A program made the position numbers and the translations under genes. A stretch of 46,707 nucleotides of DNA, from assembly GCA_000934665.2 (NCBI GenBank), contig KZ538800.1:1-46707 (forward strand). The letters are read 5' to 3'. The notes below the pieces were generated by a model. It did no database searches, was not told the origin of the DNA, and saw nothing but the letters and a program-made list of their open reading frames with translations. Below, one piece after another: positions 14,928-26,665 of this stretch (the stretch's first letter is position 1; each line of letters starts with the position of its first letter). This DNA is from Catajapyx aquilonaris. Taxonomy: Eukaryota.

Positions 14928-16260
14928 TATTGATATACAGCCGAGCATATTGCATAACTGGGTTCAAGTGTCGCCGTACTGAAGCCTTACCTCGTAACTC
15001 TCTCTTAAAATATTAATTGGAGTGCCGGGTAAATACAAAGCAGAGTAATTGTAAAGCAACATCTGCAACTTTCCCCTTTGGCTTACGTATACTAGGTAAG
15101 GCTACAATCCAAAGTTCTGCACCTGACTTTTTCTGACTCTATTTTTTAAATTACACAGTGTCGTTGCTTGGGTTGCTTTTGACCCGTCTTTTTCCGTTTT
15201 TAAATGGAGGTTGAGTTTGATCAAGATACTGCTTTTTTCTACATGCATTGTGTATACCAACTTCATTGTTATTTGGCAAAATTGCGTCATAATTATTTTG
15301 TGCAACCTTAGCAACTTTGGACAATGTGATTGTTTTGGCTCCAAATTCCGCTGTTTATCTGCTCATGTAGCATCCGGTTTGTTTATTATTGCTCCTTACT
15401 CATGTTTACAATTTTTAAACCATGACCTCGCTGTGTATATTTGTGGAAAAACAACGCGTGCCTTGATTTTTGAACTCTGATGCTCAGTTGCATTCAATAA
15501 AAATAATATACTCTGTATTTCACAAGCCAGGCTGTAAATGTAAGCAGGCTACATGTCTCATATAATTGTTGCTTCATTTTCTTTCAAACAATGGGTTGAA
15601 AGTTTCAACTCTCCAGAAAATTCCTTCCCCTTCTCTACTTCGATGGTAACAATCCAAACGTGACATCACGCTGCCCCCTTCCCCTAAGTCTCAGCCCGTC
15701 ACACTAAACTTGACCCCTCCTTTCCTTCTCCTCTTTGATGAGGGGTGGGCTCCTTATCGAAGTGTTTCTCACGTAATGCCTGGTATAACCTTCCCATTCC
15801 CTGCTCCATCAGCGCCATATTTGGTATCCTCCGATTCGGAAAACTGCTTAATGATACCTCCTCCCCCCCTCTTCCTGATAACTCCAGAGTGAAATCGACC
15901 CGTTATACCTTCTGCTCCATAAAAGCGACGGCCATCTCAGCGGGAGCCAACCGTGCCCAACAGCCACCGCCATTATGGGTAAATGCACCGAACGACATGA
16001 CCCCCAACCAACCATTGCTTCCTCTCACGTCCCTCTAAAAAATATGTACACACTATTAGGTCTTCAAACTCCTGAATTAGTTACTAGAAATTCTGCTGAG
16101 CTACATTCATTCCCAGCCGAAATGACAATTACCCGGTCAATGTCCCTCCGATTAACATGATCAGAAATTGCATTTCCCTCCAAAAAAAGAAATTCCCTTG
16201 GCCCTCTCCGGGCTTCCTCAGCAAGACCTGTCGCACGCAGTCCGAGTTTCCGGGAACTCC

Positions 16261-16281
16261 GGGGATGGGTGGGATGTGGGG
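16261..16281 (+). other. Canonical G-quadruplex-forming motif
   Basis: GGGG-AT-GGG-T-GGG-ATGT-GGGG. Confidence 0.55.
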
Positions 16282-17497
16282 TAGAAGTTACGCTGGCAAA
16301 AACTAGGCGCCTGGCGACATTGATTTTGCCTCTTCGTCTTTCTCTCTAGCTGGCAGTGCAGTCACAGACGGAAAGGACTTGGAGATTAGTCCATAAGTCG
16401 CAGAATTGGATAAGCCAAATGCATCATTGACAAAACACCATCGGTCTCGTTGGTTGGACATACCATAAATGCTCTGGTATGTCGAACATCCGGACAAGGC
16501 GCCATATAGCGCACAGGGTGGTCCGGACACTGGGAAATAAATCCGGAGGAGCTGGGAGGCAGATAAGGAGTCTGTGTTATTTTCCACGGGAAGGCCGCAT
16601 GTAGGTTTGGGTCCCGTCCAAAAACTGGAAGGCCCTCCCTAGTTTTGTCCCCGCGGCAATAAAGCCTCCACTCCGAGAGGGCAATAAGAGTGCTGCGAGC
16701 CCCAAATACCATCGCGGATGTCATCCCGAAGCGAGCAAAGGGGCTACCAAGAAAAGAAAGCGAAAGTAGGAAGAGGAAGAAGCAGAGGAAAAAAAAAAAT
16801 CGCAAGAGAGGAAATGAAGTCACCAACTATTTTGGCCCCAGATACTTTTCGAGGTCGAAAAGTCTTCCAGTTCTAGGATGCGAAATGGAAGCCAATGCGT
16901 CGGTTCAAAGGGGAAAAAGATTTTCATCTGGTGCACGCTTCAGAGGCCTTGGATTCTGCATGTGCATTACAGGTACAGGATGCGGTAACTTTTTTTTACA
17001 TTTACATTCAAATATTTCCCCCCTAGTACGAGATAACAGCTGAAACATGCAGCAGCTGACAAAACATAATCATTATGGTTATAACTATGGTTTGCTCTAA
17101 AAAAAAATAACATCATTTTTCACAAACGTGTCAAGCTGCAAAATTGCCCAAACGATGTGTCCAACCGGCTCAATTACTAGGATGTGTAAAAAAAATGCAC
17201 GCACACGAACACAAACAGTTTGAAAAGCAGCCGACTATTCACATGCAACGTACGCAAATTTTTGGTAACCGTATATTAGTCGCACATGGCAGAATCGTAG
17301 GTCGCTGATTGCAGAATTATTGAAAACACTTGGGTGTTTTTTGGGAGTGTTTTTTTTAACCCCCGAGCCGAAATATATACACAAAACCCTTTTTAATGGG
17401 TGTTGATTCATCAGGAAGTTTTAATCATAATAATAATAGACGTGGGATCTTTATGGCTATGTGGGCAGATGCGCGTGGAAATTCGACCATGACGTGG

Positions 17498-17797
17498 GTT
17501 GCATAATTCCGGCAACCAATCGCAGGATGCACACTCATTATTATTAATAAAAAAGCGGGTCCGAAAGTTGCACTAATTATGCAACGCTACTGATTGCGCT
17601 AATAAAAACACAGCAATGAATATTAGGACCCCGACTGCCATATATCTCAGCCGCTAAACCAGATTTGGCCATTCAAGTATTGGAGGTTTGCTATGTTATA
17701 CTGGGTGGGCGAAAAATGCATGTTTTTGTAGGTCAAACGGAATTGAAAAATTAACTCCCCCAGCTGTATTTTTATTCCATCGTGAGGAATTATGCAA
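17498..17797. promoter_or_regulatory. Homotypic cluster of three AATTATGCAA sites (candidate enhancer)
   Basis: 17499-17508 (reverse), 17575-17584 and 17788-17797; each fits the PAR-bZIP/HLF-type consensus RTTATGYAAB. CCAAT at 17516. Function is inferred. Confidence 0.35.
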
Positions 17798-20700
17798 GCG
17801 AACCGCAATCCCGATTTTCCAAGATAATCCCTACTTTCGTCATGCATTTTTTGATCGCATTCATAAATTAATTAGCCGCTTAATTTTGTAAATCATTACG
17901 ACTGTGTGTGTCTCTCTCCATCAACATGCACATAACTCAAACGGATAGCAGTGGGACGTTTTAAACGAGTGTATAATAGCTGCACGTACTTGGGGGGGTG
18001 GGGGAACCTGTAATTTTTTTTAGTGTCAGGGAATATTGCTTTTTTATTTTACAAACTCGAATTATCAAACAAAATTTATGGGTGTTGATTGCCACCGGTG
18101 CGCATTAAATTGCGTTCCAGGGAGAATCGATTTACCTCCCTCGATATATCCATTGCAGGTGAAAACCGTATGGCCAACGCAGCAGTCATATACCGGTCAT
18201 TTTAATTTTTGCAATGCAAAGTGAGTCATTAACATATCAAATGAATCGCATCCGTGCTTGCTGGAAATTAAAATGTTTAGAGGCCATTGCGACTTCTGTA
18301 TTAATGGGTTTCTGATCCGGAATAGCTGCATACAGGCAAGATAAGCGATGGAAACTACACTGCTCTGTTATTTCCTGGTTATTTCGAAATATTGCTAAAT
18401 TACAGTATATATGAAATTATATGTTCATGAATATACAGTACTTTGGTTCAGCAATATATTACTAGAATCACTGTACTTAATTCTACCATAAAGGAACCTG
18501 TACATCCAGTGCTTCAATAATCTATGGGCTACGTAATTAATTCTATCGATTATGCTTTTTTTGTATTGAATGGACTTCACACCGTGATTAATGGTGAAAA
18601 ATATTTTTTGAACGACGGAATTATTCATTCATTAAGCATGTAGATTTGACAATTAATGCACTCAAATCGGGGAAAACATCGCTTTAAAGACCAGTAGTTC
18701 ATGGAGCGAGGTGGAGGCAAACACTGTATTCACCCAAAGGCATGCGTGCTATTTCCAAGAATAGAGAAAGTGTAAACTAGCCAAAACAACTTAGAGAGTG
18801 TTGAACACTGTATCTACATCAAGAATGCAGCAGAAGTTACCTTTAAAACCAATCATAACTGTAATAATAGCTATGTAAAAAAATCTCACATTTTGCACAT
18901 ACAATTTGCAACCTATTTTGTGATTGGTGACAGAGAAAATTTACTCCTGAGCACACTTCCGTTAGAGTCTTGCTTCATATAATGAACATTGTGGGCTACT
19001 CACAGAAATCGCAGTCGAAAAACCAAATAATTAATACCCATCTAATGGGACAATGAGTGTCTCCTGGCCATGTGCAGCGGAATTAAACCGACTTTCCCCC
19101 CCTTTCCCTGCTGTGACAATGAGTTAGATCATGGCGTCCGCTTTTGTCCTCAAGCGTCCAAGTGTGTCCACAACGCGGTGCATTTGAGTTGGGTCGGACA
19201 CGCTTTAAGGAAATTATTACGTCCATCACGCCTGGTGTTTTGGCTGGTTAACGGCCATGTGGCGTGTTCATGAAACAGCCAGGGTCCAGCGTTAACATGA
19301 TGCCCCACTGCCACCAAACGGAAAAAAAGCAAGCGTTAGAAGGAATTAAACGCCACCTAAATCCAAGCCCTGCAAAACGCCCTCTCTCTCTTTTTTTGGC
19401 AGTGTGCCAACAGCATGACTGTGCAAAAATTTCGCACACAAGCAGCCACTCGCTCCATCAACACAGTCCAAACGTTTCTCTCTTCCCTATATTTTTTTTC
19501 ACCCCAACTCTCTCGCTCTCTCTCTCGAACCCGCACTTCAGCCCCTAGAATGATGACGAGAGCTAGCAAGGGAATGTGTACTAACTGGCTTTTCCATGCA
19601 TTGCTTCACGGTCACACTCTTTTACGAGGGGCACGCACACAAGAATAGCGATATCTCTCTCTCAGAGGTGAAAAATATTTTTTTGGCCGATTTATTGCCC
19701 TCTCGAGAGGCATTCTGACTGGAATTCATGTCTGACACGATTAAACCCATTCCAGTGTCCATGGAGCTCAGTTTCATAAGCAGGGCCAGGAATTCCTACA
19801 TCAAATTCCGACCTGGCTGGAACTAGGAACTCCAATACTTATATGGCCTCTCTCGTCTCATTTTCCTTCCTGTACATTCCCAGGTGTAGGCTCAGGAAAA
19901 AAAAATGCGGATATTTAACGAAATATCCGGAAATATTTTTTACATGTGAAAATCCGCTGACCTAATCCGGGTAAACTCGCACAACCATTTTTAACTGCAC
20001 TGCCATTATTGCAAATAGGCGTTTTAGGCCTATTGATTTTGCGAGAGCCATTCCCGCTAAAAATGGCACCAGACCGGATAATCTTTGCAGATATCCAGCC
20101 GCGCTTACAGTCTCTGTATCCGGACTACAATATTTAAGCGGCTTTGCCTTATAGCTCGATTGCGGTAACCCAGTCCATAGTAACCTCTATTTTAGTGCCA
20201 CTCAGCGCTATCCGCAGGTATTAAGCGTACAAAGTATGGAATTAATGCGCTACGTATTACTGCATCGCTTTGCACAAAGCTTTTCATACCACGTTTTATG
20301 GGCAGACATCGATACGGGCAGTTGGCAACTAACAATCATAGACTAATTAGCCAAGTGTGAGACAATGTAATTACTAGTAACATCCAATAAAAAGTGTACA
20401 CTGTTTTCTTCATTTCCGATTTGACAAATGTTATTGATAAATTGTACAATTCAAAAAAAGGTGTCAGTTCCATCCAGAGTCTCAGCTTTGTTGAAAGAAG
20501 CTTTTCGTCGAGTCATCTTCGAAAGCTTGTACGGAACTGTACAGTATCCTTCCGTCCATCTTTTTTCCCCTTCCCACAGCCTCTTGGGCACATCCTATCA
20601 TATCCGGAGTTTTACAAAGAGATCGTCTTCATCCTTGCCTTTGGGACCAGCCAAACTGCCTTTTAAGTAAGCCAAAAAAGCCTAACAGCCAGGGGGCACT

Positions 20701-22211
20701 GTAACACTGAGGCAACGAGGAACCAAAACGTGGCTCATGATTCTTGCATATATCAAGAAAAGCGCCTCGAAACTTTACAATGTGCAGGGGAAAGAATGTT
20801 GAATAGGAGGCCGAATTAGTTTCAAACTATGCAAGAGCGTAGTTTCATCTTGCTTCAATTATTTAGCCCCATGACTGTACGCAAGCCATGGTTAGTTTGC
20901 ACAAATAATTGAATAGCCACGGTCGGATTGCCGCATTTTAAACTTTTATAATCGATGTTCAAACACTGCGTTACATGAACTGGCGGCGTTAAAGTGTATG
21001 GGACGACTTGCGATCCAATATTGTCCGGACAAAATTTAGTGCATGCAATTATCCCCAGCAGCACACACACAAAAGGAACGTCTGAGAGCAGGTCAGGCTT
21101 ATCCGTCCGTGGAGATCCGGATGAGTGGATCCGCGGATCAGGAGGCCCGGACACGTATCTCCGGGCCGTCCAAAAGAGGGAGATAAGGGGCTGCTTCCAT
21201 AGGAATAGCTGCTTTCTCGGGCTACTGGATCGGCACCTGCCCTCATTTACGAGGTGGCGAGACAGGAATCTGGGGCACTCTTTGCCTTCCATGGACGACA
21301 TTTCCTGCTCAGAAAGGGACACTTATGCCACATCCAACACCGCATGCTAAAGAGCCACTAAGGCTTAATGATTATGCTGAGCTGGCAGCGGACGCACACA
21401 GACACAAAATGTGCGAGATTTACATATTCCCAAGGTTCCTATACTAATATTACACGCAATATAAAAAAATGCCTGATTTTATACCTTTAATACCGTCTAC
21501 CAAAGAGTAGGGTGCAGTGAAGTAAAGAAACAATCTCCTCTCCCTTTAGCACTTCCAGAAAAAAAAGGCGGAGACCATGAAGTTCGTCTTTTGCATGCCA
21601 AACAGACTATAACATCGTATAACTCTCTGAGGGAGAGTTTATTTCGGAATTCTGAAACTTCCCCATTCTACGCAGGGAGTACACTAACTCAATTTCGATT
21701 TTGGAGATTTCTTTGCCTGCACACCCCTCGAAATGCACTCACTAAAATCCAATGTCGTGCAGGCATGCAGCCTTGCCAATGGAAAAGCATCGAGTAAAAT
21801 GCAGATCGTGACTTTTATGCTTTTTTATCTTTAAATTACTGATTTAAAAATTTGCACACAATAGTTGGCGTTGTAATGCATATATTCCAATGCAATAAAT
21901 TAAACTGTGAAGTATAGATAGTGTGCATTTATCAGGTTATATCATGTTTTAAAACACAATGGCTCGTCTGTTCTGTAAAAAAAATCAGGATCGAACATGA
22001 TTTCGCGACACGTCCCTTAAGACCCAAAAATTCGCAATGGATAAAGTTTCCACGATATAAAGCTATAACTCAGATTTCACTGCCATACAATCGAATTTTC
22101 AACTCTCTGCCGTTATAGCGCTTCGGTTATGCCAATTTTTTTTTTCTTTAGGCGCTGCAACTATTCCTCCGACTTCTGTAATATATTTCGCTGGTGTATT
22201 ATTACAACGTG

Positions 22212-22522
22212 TTTTCAACCAACTTAATTGAATGAAGAGTGAAGCTTTAGTACTGTACAAGTAGAAGCATAGGAGGAAGTTCCTTTGTGATTACTACAGG
22301 ATTGTCCTGATTGCCATAGTGAAGCTCTTAGAAAGTTGTGGTTAAGTGAATTAGAAAATATTTTTAAATTCCCGTCTGTCGGTTTTAGAAAAATGTCGAG
22401 ATTAATTATTATTTTCGCTGTTTTAGCAGCTCTAACATAACACGTTAATTAATACACTGTCCTATATTCTGTAGCTCCATTTTCAACCTACACTCGAGCT
22501 AATGAAGATTGAAACTTTAGTA
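22212..22522 (+). repeat. Diverged local direct duplication (about 40 bp cores, offset about 270 bp)
   Basis: TTTTCAACC-n10-AATGAAGAGTGAAGCTTTAGTA (22212-22252) versus TTTTCAACC-n12-AATGAAGATTGAAACTTTAGTA (22480-22522): 20/22 identity in the core. A partial third copy AGTGAAGCTCTTAG lies near 22318. Confidence 0.75.
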
Positions 22523-25500
22523 AGTATACGTGCTTGTTCCTTACATACCTATTACTAAAGCACTCTGCTAATTGCCTTCTATCCACATTTAGCAATGCCC
22601 TTCTCGAGGAGGCGTTACTCTCAATTGCTATCGACTATCAGCAGTACAAAGACCCCCACTCTTGTATATACCCTTCTGATCCCTATAAACTGTTTGTTGT
22701 TGGTTTCCTCGGCATGAAGTGGGGTTGGCTTATATCCATTCCGTCAGAAGCGAGTGCCACGGAAGTCTGTACAAAGAGGGGAAATCCGATAGCCCGTGGT
22801 GACAGCAGTGGGACTATTGAGAAGCTCGCGTGCCGAGAACAAGAAGCTATTTAGGGAGTGGGTCTCCAGGCCAGCCCACAGATAGGAGACCTGGTGTCAA
22901 GAAGCAGACGCCACTGGTCGATGACAAGTACAGGCGCCTGGGAATCGCCAAAGGAAGGCAAGAGCCTTGACTAGGGAAGCCCCATTTGACTGCTTAGGGA
23001 CACAGCTGAGAACACCGGCTGTGATGTGTTTTCTCCTGGCGATACGGCTCAGACTCCGAATGATAACCGTGGCATCTGCAGTGGAAACGGCGACGCTTTC
23101 TATGGCGCAGGAGGGGGGTGGGCCATTCAATGGTTTTTCCTGGCCTACTCCCAAAAATATATCGTGGGGGATTGCAAAAATTGCGACGCAGCCTTTGCGG
23201 TTACATTTTTCCAATTCGCAATATATCTTGACAGGTGAAGAGTACAACCCCGAGAGCATTCTCACCTGAATTTCCAAGACATTTTTTTAAAAATAGGTTG
23301 AACATCAATTATGCTGTCGTGCACAGCAGCACCTGTGCTCAGTCACTGTCTACGTTCACGTCCAGGAGCAACAGAAACTGTTCCATAATGTTGCCAACAT
23401 CCGCAGAAAACCGTGGCTGCTTCGGTTACACTCCTAATTTCTAAACTGGCCCTGGTAATAACGGCCTCCGCTTTTTTACTCCCGCGACATCACAACAGTG
23501 GACAACAAAAGCCAGGTTTTCTTCATCCTGATCTAAACCTGCGAAAATGATCTGTCAGGAGGGCTGTTTTCACTCCTAGTTTCCCAGCTCATCTATCTCA
23601 TACCCTATAGCCTGTACTAATGGAAGTGGGCGCATGTATCTGGCTGCAGATAAGCCTGAACAATCCAAGCCCCCAACGTTCAGCACGACGTCCGAACTGA
23701 ATCTGTCAGTTTGGGCCTGGCTGCTTTTCTGGCTCCCCCCCCCTCCCCTTTTCAAGCATTAGACTTGCAAACACGCGTGCCTCATAGGTGTGCAAATTGC
23801 TCCCAGTCTGTTGGTTTTAGCTGTGTACCCAGACCGGCTCTTTTCCCTTAAAACCCACCGGCTAGAGTGACGTCCTGGGGCTTTCCAACACAGGCCCTTT
23901 TCTCCTTCACTCCCCGCTGCCACTGATTTATAATCCAATGCTACACAGTTACTGCTTCAAAAAGAGGGGGTGGGGGTGGCAGCCATTTTAGAGCGTGGAA
24001 AGGGGGGAGGAGGGGGGGGACCCAACTTGCTCCAAAACAAACAAAATACTTCAAGAGAATGTCCGCCAACTCTTTGCAGCGAGTAGAATTATGGCCGACC
24101 CCCCCGTCTATTTCGTTCGTCCCATTGCATTTTTATAGCTAAACCACGTCCCAAAGTAGATAAACCCTCCATAGAAACTCTAATCTTGAGAATGTGGTGG
24201 TGTCATATGCAGAGGACGTCTTAGCCACTAGTCAATAACTGCTACTAACAAATAATGCATATAGGATACAGCTATGATTTTGAGTGACTTAATATAAGAT
24301 GAATATTTTTTTAATTGAGTGCAAATTGTTTCCAACTCTAATATTGAGAGGGTAACAATATGGCCGACTTTTGCGACGTTGACAAGGCTCTGGAACGAAC
24401 CTTATATGCTACCGCGGTGTGAATTTGTGCGCGAGTGTGGATGCGTACTCGGTTGCGCTCGTAAAAAAAATCATCTATAAAATCCAACATATGTTTACAT
24501 AACACATACTTCTAATGTGGAATATAGTATACACAGATTATCCCTGATGCGGTTACACAACTATGTATCAGTTATCAATAAAACTATGGTTAATAAAATA
24601 ACAGTCGGGAACAGGCCGACCGGAACTGAAGCCATTGAATTGGTTCGCATATGTATAGGAGTAATCCATGCTTTGTGCTCGGAGTGGAGTGAACGGTCAT
24701 AATTATAATAATGGATGCGTGTTATGATTACCTCGTTATTGGCGGATAACCCAATCAAGTGAAATCGGCTATTTGGTGCTTAATTAATGTAATGGAATTA
24801 TAAAATTTAAATAGCGCGTTGACAATTTGGCAACAAATGAGCACGGTCGTCCAACTGTCGGATATGTACGAATGAATATTGCAGATACAAGAAATTGCAC
24901 GAATGATAAAGTACAGGTATTTAATACTGTGCCAGCAGAAATGAAGGCCCTTTGACCTCATGCCAACCTCAAAGGGCTCGAATTGCCAGTCCAATCCATA
25001 GGCAACAATTACGAATCTGAATTCCCTTCTCATATTCGAGACAAAGCAAGTCCTCCCAATAAGGAATTCCTCTCTCTTCTCTCCGGAAACAATGCGACTG
25101 TCACCAGCCTGCATGTGGTTCCGGGGAGGGGAAGGTTCGGACACTCCGGGAGAGGAGAAATTCCGAGCTGCAATCCGGAGGTAATTTGCTGGCCGTGTTT
25201 CTGGCTCCCGGAACACCGTTCCAAAGACGAGCTTATGGTCTCCCCTTAGCCCCCTTTGATCTGTTCTTTACTGGAATGCTTCAGCCTCACGCCCCCACCC
25301 ACAATTACAGTACACACAAAAAAAAATCCAGGGAGCTGCATTACATGATACGGTCAGCTTCCGGATCAAATCACAAGTCCGGATTTTTTTTTCGTTGGGA
25401 AAAGGCTAGGGGGGGAAAAAACGTAAATTGCGGACTTTATCAAGAGGGAAGCCTCTTCAGTTTGGGCAAAGTGGGGCGTTGGATTACACGGATTCTGCAG

Positions 25501-26277
25501 AGAGCGGGCTCCAAGTAATAGCCCAGGATAGACCGAAATGGGGGGGTTGGAAGTGGGGAAAGTGGAGGGGGGGGGGGGGTTCCGGATACACTAAAAACGT
25601 CAGTGGAATCCGGATCGCGGCTCGCTTTCCATACAGCTCACTACCAGCTGCCATGCACATATAAAGCCATTTTCTAGCCCAGTAATATGGTTGCAAGAAG
25701 CATCAACCACCGCCCGGAGAATCCGGAACACTTCGCATCAACTTGTTTTTATACAGGCTGAGTCCCCGTCCGGGATTTTAGCTCGCAAAAAAATGGGCGC
25801 ATATTTTCGATAATATTAGTTAAGTTTCATAATGCACATTAACAGACGAAATTGTGAGTGCAACAGAAATAAAATTTGAATTCTCAGTACTGTCAGTAGT
25901 CCGAAAGTGGGTTAGGTAGCCGTGACATACATAAATAGCAACAAACTTTCTGTTTTATAATATGTAAGATATTGAGTATATTCAAGCAGCTCAATGCATT
26001 TCTTTAAACTAATGGGGGAAAAAAAGTTTGTGCGAATAATAAGGAATGCCAGAGCCTCCGTCATTTTGCAAGCATCTCGAAGAGGCGGCAAGTCAGAAAA
26101 TCCGGGGGCGGCAAAAAAAAGGTGGTAAGAAGGAAAAGGGGGGAATAACCGAACTGCGCCCGGATTCGACTCGAATGCGGCTCGGCCCCCGGAATCCAAT
26201 TCTTCCTCCTCCAATATTAATGTCTTTCCTTAAAATAAAAAAAAGATGAAGCTCGGGTAGATCTTGAGAGCATCCAA

Positions 26278-26296
26278 CTCTCTCTCTCTCTCTCTC
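26278..26296 (+). repeat. (CT)9 microsatellite
   Basis: 19-nt perfect CT run. Confidence 0.9.
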
Positions 26297-26645
26297 GGAA
26301 AGACTGAAGTTGCCATTTGGAATTCAGCATTTCCAACTCATTACCTCAGAGTCGCCTACGGATTAATTTCCGCATTTTATGGTTTCCTATAGAATGTTTG
26401 CTAGATTCGATGGTGAGCTGCAAGGAGTAGAACCAGGCCACAAATTAGACCGTGGAAGTTTTCCGCGTTGTCTCCTGATTAAGGACCCCCAGCGCAACAA
26501 GCCACAAACGAGTCAGGGAGACTCCCGGAACCAACCCCGGATAAATGGGGGCGACTTCTCCTACTAGTGCGATGGATTTATAATCAGGCAAATCGAGCAC
26601 CCCATCATGGCGGCACCAGCCTCCGGGGGGGTTTGTCCAGTCCGA

Positions 26646-26665
26646 ACACACACACACACACACAC
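26646..26665 (+). repeat. (AC)10 microsatellite
   Basis: 20-nt perfect AC run. Confidence 0.9.
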
